A stretch of 64,000 nucleotides of DNA, taken from Oscillospiraceae bacterium. Its GTDB lineage: Bacteria; Bacillota; Clostridia; Oscillospirales; CAG-382. The DNA lies in assembly GCA_015063885.1 (NCBI GenBank), contig SVTH01000009.1:32110-96109 (forward strand), given 5' to 3'. This document shows, piece by piece, positions 20,712 through 29,987 of this stretch; within the stretch, counting starts at the first letter, position 1, and each line of letters starts with the position of its first letter. A program made the position numbers and the translations under genes. A model generated the notes under the pieces. It was not told where the DNA came from and ran no database searches. It was given only the letters and a program-made list of their open reading frames with translations.

Positions 20712-20765
20712 TGAAAAAAGAGTGCGCTCCATACCGCTGACGGCGGCACGGGGTCACACTCTTCA
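20712..20765 (-). terminator. intrinsic terminator forming the riboswitch expression platform
   Basis: The minus strand reads AAGAGTGTG...CGCACTCTT followed by TTTTTC, between the aptamer and the start codon. Confidence 0.6.
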
Positions 20766-20789
20766 CACCCAAGGTTGGTAACGCAAAAA

Positions 20790-20975
20790 GACACGGCAGG
20801 GGACCTGACTTATGACGACAAAACCATACACCTTCCCTACGAAAAAAGCAGGGAAAGCCTAAGGCTTGGGGGATTCAAACACAGTAATGGCGGTTGTTCC
20901 GGGCTCGAACCGGATTTCCTTTTCATCTACTCAGCGTACAACTTTTCAAAACCGTATCTTTTTCTATTCGATTGG
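20790..20975 (-). promoter_or_regulatory. cobalamin (AdoCbl) riboswitch
   Basis: The minus strand reads GAAAAGGAAATCCGGTTCGAGCCCGGAACAACCGCCATTACTGT...GTAGGGAAGGTG...AGTCAGGTCCCCTGCC. This matches the conserved cobalamin riboswitch core (GGGAA..CCGGTG..AA.CCGG...CCGC.ACTGT, GGGAAGG) and the B12 box (AGCCAGGAGACCTGCC) with a few substitutions. Confidence 0.75.
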
Positions 20976-20982
20976 CAGGGTC

Positions 20983-21011
20983 AGTATAGCACTTTGAGGA
21001 AGGATTGTCAA
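20983..21011 (-). promoter_or_regulatory. sigma-A type promoter driving the riboswitch leader
   Basis: On the minus strand: TTGACA (21011-21006), 17-nt spacer, extended -10 TGCTATACT (hexamer 20988-20983). It overlaps the stop of the upstream gene. Confidence 0.55.
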
Positions 21012-21538
21012 GAAGAAATTTGCGTTTTCAAGTCATTGCTTTCCCGTTCCCGCTTCTTTTGCCCCCGGGAAAAACCGAGATAGGCGCAAAGCAAAGTCAG
21101 CCCCTCCGCAGCCGGGAACACAAGGAGCGGCCACAGCAGGGGGATCTCCGTAAAGGCCATCTCGGGAGGCAAGTCCGGGGTATTGATCCGATAAAGATAC
21201 TCCCCGAGGTACAGCGCGGGCACCCCTGCGGTATACATGCTGAAATGAAAGGGCAGGCACAGCAGGAAATGCACCCCCGCACCTCCCAAGAGGGCAACAA
21301 GACGCTCCTTCCCCGCCAAGTCGCGGTTGCGGTAGCCGTAGCGGGAGAAGGCGAAAAAGCCAAAGAGCAATTGCACCGGCAGGGTGATCAGTCCTACGGC
21401 CAGATATTCCTCCACGTTCTTGCCTCCTGCCGTCATGCGGTAGACCATGGTCACAGCCAGGGAGGCCAAAAGGGTGATCAGCGCCCCGCCCCACAGGTAG
21501 CCTGCCGCGGCGAGGATGGGTTTCGTCTTGCTTTTCAT
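21008..21538 (-). CDS. integral membrane protein of unknown function
   Basis: About 5 hydrophobic helices. It overlaps the upstream CDF transporter gene by 4 nt (ATGA-type coupling). Confidence 0.6.
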   Translation of the reverse strand: MKSKTKPILAAAGYLWGGALITLLASLAVTMVYRMTAGGKNVEEYLAVGLITLPVQLLFGFFAFSRYGYRNRDLAGKERLVALLGGAGVHFLLCLPFHFSMYTAGVPALYLGEYLYRINTPDLPPEMAFTEIPLLWPLLVFPAAEGLTLLCAYLGFSRGQKKRERESNDLKTQISS

Positions 21539-22701
21539 ACGTAGCTCCTGTCGATCTCCACCACGGCGAAGTAGTTGGGATCTAAAGTGCTGATTTTTTC
21601 CCCGATGCGCTGTTTCATCTCCTTATCGCTTTCCTTGCAATCGTAGGGGATCACGGCGTCGAAGATGAGGTTGGTATGGGTGTTGCCCACCACCATGCGG
21701 AAATCGTGGATGGTAATGCCGCAGTGGATCTCGCAAAGAAGCTTTTCCACCTGCACCCGCAGGGCGTGGACCGCCTCGTCGTCGGTGGCGATAGGGTCCA
21801 TATGGATCACCGCATCGCAATGGAGGGCGTCCCGCAGCTCCTTTTCGATACGGTCGATGGCGTCGTGCATTTCCAGGATGTCCGCATCTGCGGGCACCTC
21901 CGCATGGAGGGAGATCATGGTGCGCCCGGGGCCGTAATCGTGGACCACCAGGTCGTGGATCCCGCTGACGCAGGGGTTGGAGAACACGATGGCAGTGATC
22001 TTATCAATGAAGTCCCGGTCGGGCGCCTTGCCCAACAGGGGATCCACCGTCTCCTTTGCGGCGCGGAGCCCGGAAAACAGGATGAACCCCGAGACCGCCA
22101 ATCCGCAGTAAGCGTCCAGCTGTACCCCCGAGAAGCGGGAGATCAAAAGGCAGGCCAGCACGGTGCCCGTGGCGATGCAGTCGGAAAGGCTGTCCGTTCC
22201 CGTAGCCTTCAGGGAGGCGGAGCCGATCTTCTTCCCGATGCGGAAGTTGTAAAGCGCCATGTAAAGCTTGACGCCCACGGAGAGCACCAGGATCACCACC
22301 GCCGTTACGGAGAAGGTCACTTCCTCGGGGTGGAAGATCTTTTCCACGGAGGATTTCCCCAGCTCAAAGCCCACCAGCAGGATCAGCAGGGACACCAAAA
22401 GCCCCGCCAGATACTCCATGCGTCCGTGGCCGAAGGGGTGATCCTTATCCGCCTTCTGAGCGGACAGACGGAACCCGATGAGGGTGATGACGGAGGAGGC
22501 GGCGTCCATGAAATTGTTGAAAGCGTCGGACAGAATGGAGATGGCACCGCTGACCAGCCCCGCAAACAGCTTGCAGGCAAACAACAGCAGGTTCAGAAAG
22601 ATCCCCGCCACGCCGCACAGGGTACCGTAGGCGGTACGCACGGCGGGCAGGTCGGTATTTTCCCTGTCCTTGATAAACAGTTTTGCAAAAAATGCGATCA
22701 C
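21535..22701 (-). CDS. cation diffusion facilitator (CDF) family metal efflux transporter
   Basis: Motifs SILSDAFNNFMDAASSVI and KDHPFGHGRMEYLAGL, with a C-terminal cytoplasmic domain (HDLVVHDYGPGR...HMDP). Confidence 0.8.
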   Translation of the reverse strand: MIAFFAKLFIKDRENTDLPAVRTAYGTLCGVAGIFLNLLLFACKLFAGLVSGAISILSDAFNNFMDAASSVITLIGFRLSAQKADKDHPFGHGRMEYLAGLLVSLLILLVGFELGKSSVEKIFHPEEVTFSVTAVVILVLSVGVKLYMALYNFRIGKKIGSASLKATGTDSLSDCIATGTVLACLLISRFSGVQLDAYCGLAVSGFILFSGLRAAKETVDPLLGKAPDRDFIDKITAIVFSNPCVSGIHDLVVHDYGPGRTMISLHAEVPADADILEMHDAIDRIEKELRDALHCDAVIHMDPIATDDEAVHALRVQVEKLLCEIHCGITIHDFRMVVGNTHTNLIFDAVIPYDCKESDKEMKQRIGEKISTLDPNYFAVVEIDRSYV

Positions 22702-22849
22702 AAAGATCCCTCCGTGGGTAGGTATGGTAACAGAATACGAAAATAACGCCAGGAGTATGCTTCCGGGCTGTTGGGGTCAAGCAAGAGCTCCGTTTCATTT
22801 TTTTGCCGTTTGCGGCACTTTTTTGAATCGGAGCTTCTGTTTTTTTGTT

Positions 22850-23500
22850 TTACCGCAGCTTATTCAGTCGGTCGGCGTTGGCAATGATGATCAGCTTCAT
22901 GTCCCCGTCCAGCACCGTGTCCGGGCGGACGTTCACGTCCACACTGCCGCCCTTGCGGATGGCAACCACGTTGATGGCGTATTTTTTGCGGAGGTTCAGC
23001 TCCAGAATGGACTTACCCACCCACTCGGGGCGCACCTCCAATTGGATCATGGACACCCCGCGGGAGATCTCCATGAGGTCCACGAAGCCGGAGCTCACCA
23101 GGTTCTTGGCCATGCGCACCCCGGACTCGCTTTCCGGGAACACCACACGGTCCGCACCCACACGGGTGAGGATCTTTTTCTGCAGCTCGTTGGCGCATTT
23201 CACGATCACCGTTTTCACCCCCAGCTCCTTGCAAAGGGTGGTGGTGAGCACGGCGGCCTCCAGGCTGTTGGCCATGGCGACCACTACCACGTCGATGCTT
23301 GCGATGCCCAAACGGTTCAGCACCTCGGGATCCGTCACGTCGGCGCATTTGCAAAGGGGGATCTCCCCCTTCACGGCGTTGACACGGGCTTCGTCGGCGT
23401 CTACCGCCAGAACCTCCGCCCCGCTTGCCGCCAGCTCCTTTGCCACGGCGTAACCGAATCTGCCCAAGCCGAATACGGCGTATGATTTATGAATACTCAT
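22850..23500 (-). CDS. trkA: Trk/Ktr potassium uptake system NAD-binding subunit
   Basis: Rossmann motif AVFGLGRFGYAVAKELAASGAEVLAVD. A 216-aa RCK-N plus RCK-C architecture. Confidence 0.8.
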   Translation of the reverse strand: MSIHKSYAVFGLGRFGYAVAKELAASGAEVLAVDADEARVNAVKGEIPLCKCADVTDPEVLNRLGIASIDVVVVAMANSLEAAVLTTTLCKELGVKTVIVKCANELQKKILTRVGADRVVFPESESGVRMAKNLVSSGFVDLMEISRGVSMIQLEVRPEWVGKSILELNLRKKYAINVVAIRKGGSVDVNVRPDTVLDGDMKLIIIANADRLNKLR

Positions 23501-23523
23501 TGCGTACGCTCCTTTTTTTGAGA

Positions 23524-24876
23524 TCAGCCGACGGAAATATCCTCCGTGGGCTCTTTGACGATATTTTCGTTATACTTCTTGCGGTTGAAGGCCAGCGCCA
23601 GGGAGATGTGCCCCACCCTGCCCAAATACATGGAGCAGATGATGATCATCTTCCCCGCCGTGTTCAGAAAGGGGGTCAGATTGCGGGTCAGCCCCACGGT
23701 GCCGATGGCGCTTGCCGTCTCGTACAGCACGTCCAGGAATGCCGCCTCCGTCACGGCGGAAAGGGCCACCGTAGCGGTCAGCAGTACGGCAAAGGAGATG
23801 CATACCACCCCCACCGCCTTCCGCAGGGAATCCGTGGAGATCCTTCTGCCGAACAATGCGGTGTGATCCTTGTTCTTCACGGTGGAGACGGTTGCCGCCA
23901 GCAGGACCGCCAAGGTCACCGTCTTCACACCTCCCGCCGTGCCCACGGGGGAGCCGCCGATGAACATCAGCACCACGGAAAGCACCGCGGAGGCGTCCGT
24001 CAGCTCTTGCTGGGGCAGGGTGAAGAAGCCCGCCGTGCGGGTGGTCATGGACTGGAAGAAGGCCGTTTGGAGCTTACCGAAGAGGGAAAGATTCCCCATG
24101 GTCCCCGGGTTGTTGTATTCCAGCAAGAGGAAGGCCGCCGTACCGCCAAAGAGCAGTACCGCCGTCAAGGTCAGGGCGATCTTGCTGTGCAAGGTCAAAA
24201 AGCGGAAGGTGCGGAATTTCTTTTTGGGGAACTCCTTGAGCACCCTCAGCAGATCCCACCACACCACGAAGCCCAGGCCCCCCAGGATCACCAAAGCGGA
24301 TGTGGTGAAGTTCACCAGGGGATTGCAGGCGTAGGCGGAGAGGCTGTTTTCCGAAAGCAGGTCGATCCCCGCGTTGCAGAAGGCGGAGACGGAATGGAAC
24401 ACCCCGTACCAGATCCCCGCGGCGCCGTATTCCGGGATAAAAACGCACATATACAGCAAGGCTCCCGCACATTCCACCAGGAGGGTGCCAAGGATCACCT
24501 TTTTCACAAAGGCAGCAAGCCCCGACAGGGTGTTCAGGTTGAAGGCGTCCTGGATCAGTAGGCGGTCGGAAAGGCCCATTCTTTTTTTCAAGGCCAGCAT
24601 AAAGCCGGTCATCACCGTGATCACGCCCAAGCCGCCCACCTGGATCAGCACCAGGATCACCACCTGGCCGAAGATGCTCCAGGTTGAGAAGGTGGGGACG
24701 GTGACCAATCCCGTCACGCAGGTGGCGGTGGTAGCGGTAAACAGGGCGTCGACGTAGGGCACCCCTTCCCCGCTTTGGGTACTGACGGGCAGGGACAAAA
24801 GCAGGCTCCCCAAAAGGATCACCGCCAGGAAGCTGAGCAGGATGATCCGTGTGGTATTGAAAAACCGTTTGTTCAC
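23524..24876 (-). CDS. trkH: TrkH/KtrB family potassium transporter membrane subunit
   Basis: Multi-pass protein with repeated selectivity-filter-like motifs TATCVTGL, CNAGIDLL, MTTRTAGFF, TVGLTR. I prefer the GTG start at 24876 (VNKRFFNTTRIILLSF) with AAGGAG 9 nt upstream over the ORF-track ATG at 24939. Confidence 0.8.
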   Translation of the reverse strand: MNKRFFNTTRIILLSFLAVILLGSLLLSLPVSTQSGEGVPYVDALFTATTATCVTGLVTVPTFSTWSIFGQVVILVLIQVGGLGVITVMTGFMLALKKRMGLSDRLLIQDAFNLNTLSGLAAFVKKVILGTLLVECAGALLYMCVFIPEYGAAGIWYGVFHSVSAFCNAGIDLLSENSLSAYACNPLVNFTTSALVILGGLGFVVWWDLLRVLKEFPKKKFRTFRFLTLHSKIALTLTAVLLFGGTAAFLLLEYNNPGTMGNLSLFGKLQTAFFQSMTTRTAGFFTLPQQELTDASAVLSVVLMFIGGSPVGTAGGVKTVTLAVLLAATVSTVKNKDHTALFGRRISTDSLRKAVGVVCISFAVLLTATVALSAVTEAAFLDVLYETASAIGTVGLTRNLTPFLNTAGKMIIICSMYLGRVGHISLALAFNRKKYNENIVKEPTEDISVG

Positions 24877-25020
24877 AGGGCGAGACTCCTTTCCGAGAGA
24901 GATCAAGGACAGTATACTCCATAACGGAGGCTTTGTCAAGAAAAAGGTTTCAAAGTGATGGCGGATCCCCCTTTCGGGGCATACACTGACAATGAACGCA
25001 AAGGGAAAGGAACTGCAAGT

Positions 25021-25764
25021 ATGGAGCGTTTGTTACAGGCGGGGTTGGGGATCCTCCTCCCCTTTTTGGGCACGGCGGCGGGGGCTGCCGGGGTGTTCTT
25101 TTTGCGCCGTTCCCCGAGGGAGGGCGTCAAAAAAGCCCTGCCCGGCTTTGCGGCGGGGGTGATGCTTGCCGCCTCGGTGTGGTCCCTGCTGATCCCCGCA
25201 GAGGAAATGGGAGGCTGGCTCCCCGCCCTGTGCGGGTTCCTGTGGGGGGTGGGGTTCCTGCTGATCCTGGACGGGGCCGCTCCCTTGCTTTGGAAGGGAA
25301 CGGGGGAACCCCCGGAAGGGCGGCGGCGTTCCCTGCTTTTGTTCGCCGTGACCCTGCACAACCTGCCCGAGGGGATGGCGGTGGGCGTGGCCTTCGCAGG
25401 GGCTTTGGCGGAAGAATCCGGAGTCACCATGGCGGGCGCCTTTGCCTTGTCCGTGGGGATCACCCTGCAAAACCTGCCGGAGGGCGCCATCGTTTCCGCA
25501 CCCTCCCTGTCGGAGGGAGGCTCCAAGGGGCGGGCCTTTTGGAAAGGGGTGCTTTCGGGAGTGGTGGAGCCTGTGGGCGGGGCAGCCGCCCTGGCCTTGT
25601 CCGCCGCCGTGGGGGCGGTGTTGCCCTACGTGCTGGCCTTCGCCGCAGGGGCCATGGTGTACGTGGCTGTGCGGGAGCTGATCCCGGAAGCGGGGGGCGT
25701 CACGGGGACGGTGTTTTTGACACTGGGCTTTGCCCTGATGATGGCGCTGGATATGGCGCTATAG
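25021..25764 (+). CDS. ZIP family metal transporter (ZupT-like)
   Basis: AVTLHNLPEGMAVGVAF and GITLQNLPEGAIV motifs. The start MERLLQAG at 25021 is preferred over 24955. Confidence 0.8.
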   Translation: MERLLQAGLGILLPFLGTAAGAAGVFFLRRSPREGVKKALPGFAAGVMLAASVWSLLIPAEEMGGWLPALCGFLWGVGFLLILDGAAPLLWKGTGEPPEGRRRSLLLFAVTLHNLPEGMAVGVAFAGALAEESGVTMAGAFALSVGITLQNLPEGAIVSAPSLSEGGSKGRAFWKGVLSGVVEPVGGAAALALSAAVGAVLPYVLAFAAGAMVYVAVRELIPEAGGVTGTVFLTLGFALMMALDMAL

Positions 25765-25900
25765 GAGCGCTTAAGGGGGGATTCTTTCGAAAAAGAATCC
25801 CCCCTTAAGAATCCCCCAAGAAACCTGATCTCAAATAGGTTTTGAGGAGGATTGTTAAGGAGGGACTTTTTCCGAAAAGTCCCTCCTTGACGTAACCCTA

Positions 25901-26884
25901 TTACAATAATTCCTTCCGCAGCTCCTCGGGAGACTTGGCGGACAGATAAGCGGGAGGCAGATCGAACATGGTGAAGCACCCGCTCTTCCCCTCCCCTGCC
26001 AGGCGGTAAACCGCCCGTGCGGAGGCAACCAGCGCCCCTGCGGTGAACTCGGGGTTGGAATCCAGCTTGATGCTGTATTCAATGACGTGGGAATGCTCTT
26101 TGTCAAGCCCCGTCACCCCGGTACGGATGACGCTTCCCCCGTGGGGCAGGCCTGCGTGGTCCCGCTTCAGCTCCTCCATGGAGATGAAATGCACGGTGGT
26201 ATCGTAATCCGCAAAATAGTTGGGCATGGTCTTGATCTCGTGCTCAATGCGGGCAAGATCCGCACCCTCTGCCGCCACCACGTAGCACTCGCGGGTGTGC
26301 TTTTCACGGGTGGTCAGATCGGGCTGACTGCCGGAACGCACCTGCGCCACCGCTTCCTCCACGGGAACGGTGTACTGGCGGGCGTCCAACACCCCTTCGA
26401 TACGGCGGATGGCGTCGGAGTGTCCCTGGCTGACCCCCCTGCCCCAGAAGGTGTAGTCCTTCCCTTCGGGGAGAATGACAGAGCTGTACAGCCTTGCCAG
26501 GGAGAACATCCCCGGATCCCAGCCTGCGGAGATCACGGCGCAGTTTCCCGCCGCCTTTGCGGCCTCGTCCACCGCAGAGAAATGCGCGGGGATCTTGGCG
26601 TGGGTGTCAAAGCTGTCCACCACGTGGAAGTGGGAGACGTACTTGGGTGTCTGGACGGGAAGATCCGTGGCGGAGCCGCCGCAGATGATCATCACGTCGA
26701 TCTTGTCCTTGTAGGCTTCCATATCGTCAAGGGAAACGGCCTTCACCCCGGTGAGGGTCTTCACCTTCTCCGGGTCACGGCGGGAAAACACCGCCACAAG
26801 CTCCATATCCTCGTTCTGACGGAGAGCGCATTCCACGCCCCGTCCCAAATTGCCGTAGCCTAAAATACCAATGCGGATGGTCAT
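25901..26884 (-). CDS. ddh: meso-diaminopimelate D-dehydrogenase
   Basis: MTIRIGILGYGNLGRGVECALRQNEDMELVAVFSRR closely resembles the Corynebacterium Ddh N-terminus. Also present: WDPGMFS and WGRGVSQGHSDA. The start at 26884 is preferred over 26971. Confidence 0.85.
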   Translation of the reverse strand: MTIRIGILGYGNLGRGVECALRQNEDMELVAVFSRRDPEKVKTLTGVKAVSLDDMEAYKDKIDVMIICGGSATDLPVQTPKYVSHFHVVDSFDTHAKIPAHFSAVDEAAKAAGNCAVISAGWDPGMFSLARLYSSVILPEGKDYTFWGRGVSQGHSDAIRRIEGVLDARQYTVPVEEAVAQVRSGSQPDLTTREKHTRECYVVAAEGADLARIEHEIKTMPNYFADYDTTVHFISMEELKRDHAGLPHGGSVIRTGVTGLDKEHSHVIEYSIKLDSNPEFTAGALVASARAVYRLAGEGKSGCFTMFDLPPAYLSAKSPEELRKELL

Positions 26885-26921
26885 AAATCGTTGCCTTCTT
26901 TCCGGGAAATCTCTGTTTGAA

Positions 26922-27015
26922 ATTATATAACGCCGCGGTTCATTTGTCAAGAAAAAAATATCGGTTAGCATACGCTAACCATCAGCAGTATAGCACAGCT
27001 TATGCGGTTTGTCAA
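26922..27015 (-). promoter_or_regulatory. two tandem sigma-A type promoters upstream of ddh
   Basis: On the minus strand: TTGACA(27015-27010)-17 nt-TATACT(26992-26987) and TTGACA(26950-26945)-17 nt-TATAAT(26927-26922). Confidence 0.5.
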
Positions 27016-27044
27016 GGGGTGTTGAAAAGAATTATTCCCCGCAA

Positions 27045-27375
27045 GAAGGAACGTGCAGATCCGCCGCATAGTCCACCGCAAATGGGTTGCCGATACCGCC
27101 TGCGGCGGTGAGACGTCAACCCCTACGAATACGCAACAGCAACGATCAAAATCCCGCCCCATTCCACGCAGAGATGACGGGCGTATAACGAATTTCAACC
27201 GCCCTCTTGCGATAGATACGGTTGATTTTTTCGCTATATCCCCTTCGTTTCCGTAGGGGTTGACGTCCACGGCAACCCATCCTGCGGGAGGTGAGGCGGG
27301 AATTTCAACCAACGCCCCCTTCGTTTCCGTAGGGGCGATTCATGAATCGCCCGCCAAAGTCCCCTGCAAAACGCG
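27045..27375. repeat. cluster of family-2 intergenic repeats
   Basis: CCCCTTCGTTTCCGTAGGGGTTGACGTCCACGGCAACCC, AATTTCAACCAACGCCCCCTTCGTTTCCGTAGGGGCGATTCATGAATCGCCC (palindrome 27329-27352). It is an inverted copy of the 8810-8995 segment. Confidence 0.85.
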
Positions 27376-27427
27376 TATGAAAAAGGCCTCTCCCGTTTGG
27401 GGGAGAAGCCTTGTTTCCTTTGGTTTG

Positions 27428-29008
27428 TTATTTGGATTCCTTGAAGAATGCCACGGTCTCGTCCAGAGCCTTCTGTGCCATGGCTTCCTTTGTCTCGTAC
27501 TGGGAGGCGAAGGTGCCTGCGGGCTGAGAAGCCATGTCGTGAAGCAGGGTGTCCAGACCGCCCCAAGCGAAGACCATACCGATGTCACAGCCACGGCCGG
27601 GGAGGATGTAATCCTCGATCATCTCGATGGTGTCGTCGTCACGGGACTTCATTTCTTCCAGGCACTGCTCGATGTAAGCGGGAGCCACGATGTTTGCGGA
27701 GGCCGCGCCCATAGCGTTCAGGAAGTCGGAGATCATCACGAAATCGTCCTCAGCCAGGGAGATCGGAACACCGAAGCAGGTGGAGACCCAGGGGTTCACC
27801 AGGCTGTAATAGGTATCCTGATTCTCGTCGCCCTTGGGAATGGGAACCAGACCGAACTCGTCGTCCATGTTACCAAGCTCCATGGGAGTGGTCATGGAAC
27901 CGTTGTAGAACAAGCTCTGGCCTGCGATGAAGTTGTCTCTCAGCAGAACGGAGGGCCACTGTACCACGTTGAAGTAGTCGTTGGCGGAGAGGTAGTGCTG
28001 CTTATCCTGCACCAGGCTCTGCATCTTATCCATCACGGCGGCGGAGCGCTCGGTGTAAGCGGTGAGGACGGGGTAGCCGTCGGAGGTATCGGTGGAAGCC
28101 AGCTTGGAGCCGGAGCCGTAGAACAAGCTCCACATATCGTCCAGCTGACCGCTCCAACCAACGATGTCGTTGTAGTCGATCACGCCGTCGCCGTTCATAT
28201 CCTCGCTGAACATCTTGGTCATTTCCAGAGCCACGTCGATGGTCCACTTACCGTTACGGACCAGGTCGTAGATGGAGCCGCCGTATTTTTCCTGCAGGCC
28301 GTTGGCGTTGTACATGGACTTGTTGAAGGTCAAAGCAGCTGCTGCGGACTTGTTGATGGTACCGATATCACCGATGGTGAAGTACAGCTGACCTGCGATG
28401 GTCATTTCCTCATGGAAAACCTGATCCCACCAGGGAGCGGAAAGCTGAATGTCGGGCAGGTCGTAGAGGTTCATCAGGGCACCCACCTTGGCAAGGTTTG
28501 CACCGTCGTACAGACAGGGTACCACCACCTGATAGGATGCGGTGAACACCAGGTTATCCTCGGTGATACGCTGAACCATAGCGCCGTTGGTTCTCTTGGG
28601 GTCGTGAACGTACTCCTCGGCGATGGTGATGCCGAGCTGTTCCTCTACCAGAGAGTTACGGTCTCTGTAAGCCTTGTTGACCACCTCGGGGATCTGCTCG
28701 TTGCTGGTGGTGGGGCCGGGGTTGGCGTAATCGTTGTACATCAGCTCGGAGTTGTAGGTCTCGTTAACGGTGCAGACCAGGAAGGTGATGGTCTGGCCGC
28801 CGTAGGTCGCGCCGCTGGTGTAAGCAATGTAGTTGCCTTTTTCGTCGGTAAATTCGCCTGCCAGGCTTTCGGACTCGGTTCCGGAGGTGTTGCCCTCGGA
28901 GGGAGCGGAGGTATTGCCGGTTGCGGGCTCGGAATCACAAGCCGCCAGGATACCGCCGCACAGCAGAACCGCCAAAGCAAGGCAGAGAATGCGCAGGGAA
29001 CGTTTCAT
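27428..29008 (-). CDS. extracellular solute-binding lipoprotein (ABC transporter family 1 type), no adjacent permease genes
   Basis: Lipoprotein signal MKRSLRILCLALAVLLCGGILAAC with lipobox LAAC. A Ser/Thr/Glu-rich linker follows. The size and composition are typical of sugar-binding SBPs. Confidence 0.65.
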   Translation of the reverse strand: MKRSLRILCLALAVLLCGGILAACDSEPATGNTSAPSEGNTSGTESESLAGEFTDEKGNYIAYTSGATYGGQTITFLVCTVNETYNSELMYNDYANPGPTTSNEQIPEVVNKAYRDRNSLVEEQLGITIAEEYVHDPKRTNGAMVQRITEDNLVFTASYQVVVPCLYDGANLAKVGALMNLYDLPDIQLSAPWWDQVFHEEMTIAGQLYFTIGDIGTINKSAAAALTFNKSMYNANGLQEKYGGSIYDLVRNGKWTIDVALEMTKMFSEDMNGDGVIDYNDIVGWSGQLDDMWSLFYGSGSKLASTDTSDGYPVLTAYTERSAAVMDKMQSLVQDKQHYLSANDYFNVVQWPSVLLRDNFIAGQSLFYNGSMTTPMELGNMDDEFGLVPIPKGDENQDTYYSLVNPWVSTCFGVPISLAEDDFVMISDFLNAMGAASANIVAPAYIEQCLEEMKSRDDDTIEMIEDYILPGRGCDIGMVFAWGGLDTLLHDMASQPAGTFASQYETKEAMAQKALDETVAFFKESK

Positions 29009-29119
29009 AAAAGAAGTCTCCTTATTGAAATGTATTTTTATTCGGGTTCATTTTAGCATACTCTTTTTCCGTTTTCAATACGTTTTTCAAAAAAAGTTTT
29101 GAGAAAAGCCAAAAAAAGG

Positions 29120-29148
29120 TTGCGAAATCGGGAAAAGTGTGGTACAAT
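29120..29148 (+). promoter_or_regulatory. sigma-A type promoter of nrdR
   Basis: TTGCGA (29120-29125), 17-nt spacer containing TGTGG, TACAAT (29143-29148). Confidence 0.55.
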
Positions 29149-29217
29149 ACGGACGTACCGATTGAAGGGTACGTTACCGCCTTGGCGGTGTTTACCGTGG
29201 AAAGGAAGTTACAATAT

Positions 29218-29685
29218 ATGAAGTGTCCCATGTGTTCCCATCCCGACTGCAAGAGCATGGTCGTGGATTCCCGTCCCGCCTCCGACGGCGGCGTCATCCG
29301 CAGAAGAAGAGAGTGCATCCATTGCGGGAAGCGGTTCACCACCTACGAGACGGTGGAATCTCTCCCCCTCATCGTGGTGAAGAGAGACCGCACCCGGGAG
29401 ACCTTCGACCGCAACAAGCTGTTGAAGAGCGTCATCCGCGCCTGCGATAAGCGCCAGGTCACCTTGGAGCAGATGGATTCTCTGGTGTCCGAGATCGAAG
29501 CCGCTTTGCAGAACTCCCTGCAGAACGAGGTGAACTCCACCGCCATCGGCGAAATGGTGATGGACAAGCTGAAGGCCCTGGACGAGGTTGCCTACGTCCG
29601 CTTCGCCTCCGTGTACCGCCAGTTCAAGGACATCGGCGCCTTCATGGAGGAGCTGAACAAGCTTCTGGACGAGAAAAAGAGATAA
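29218..29685 (+). CDS. nrdR: transcriptional repressor NrdR
   Basis: MKCPMCSHPDCKSMVVDSRPASDGGVIRRRRECIHCGKRFTTYE is the zinc ribbon, followed by an ATP-cone. The start at 29218 is preferred over 29137. Confidence 0.9.
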   Translation: MKCPMCSHPDCKSMVVDSRPASDGGVIRRRRECIHCGKRFTTYETVESLPLIVVKRDRTRETFDRNKLLKSVIRACDKRQVTLEQMDSLVSEIEAALQNSLQNEVNSTAIGEMVMDKLKALDEVAYVRFASVYRQFKDIGAFMEELNKLLDEKKR

Positions 29686-29689
29686 GGAA

Positions 29690-29729
29690 AACGCCCTGCG
29701 GGTCGGCCTGCAGGGCGTTGGTCGTTTTT
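29690..29729 (+). terminator. terminator of nrdR
   Basis: AACGCCCTGC-(10 nt)-GCAGGGCGTT hairpin followed by GGTCGTTTTT. Confidence 0.65.
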
Positions 29730-29754
29730 AGGGAAAAAGCTCTTATGGCTTGGA

Positions 29755-29773
29755 GGTGACCCGTACAGGGAAT
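29755..29773 (-). repeat. partial duplicate of the tRNA-Glu 3' end (att-like direct repeat)
   Basis: GGTGACCCGTACAGGGAAT versus GGTGACCCGTACGGGAAT at 29989-30006, with one inserted A. Confidence 0.7.
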
Positions 29774-29987
29774 ATGCATATCCCGTCGTTCGTCAATCAA
29801 GGCGAAGCCTTGCATATCATCAATTCCGCAGGAATTGTATATCACCAAGCCGAAGGAGAATACACGCTAATGCGTGATGATATACAGCCCAAAGGGCTGA
29901 TAATATACACCGCGCTTTGCACGGTGATGATATGCCAAGCCTTCGGCTTGGATGAAAAAAGGACTTTCCTATGAAAGTCCTTTTTTC

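Noticed and set aside
25766-25887. Long palindromes CTTAAGGGGGGATTCTTTCGAAAAAGAATCCCCCCTTAAG and GGAGGGACTTTTTCCGAAAAGTCCCTCC between the ZIP and ddh genes, considered as a regulatory or repeat element.
   Set aside because: They are most simply two back-to-back hairpin terminators for convergent genes. Similar KGLSF-type hairpins occur after several genes (14841-14870, 15268-15297, 29960-29987). They are not listed as features because the first lacks a clear U-tract.
29750-29974. 74-aa ORF between nrdR and tRNA-Glu.
   Set aside because: It has no RBS. It begins inside the tRNA-Glu 3' duplicate and spans the TGATGATAT motif region. It is better explained as a non-coding att-like remnant.
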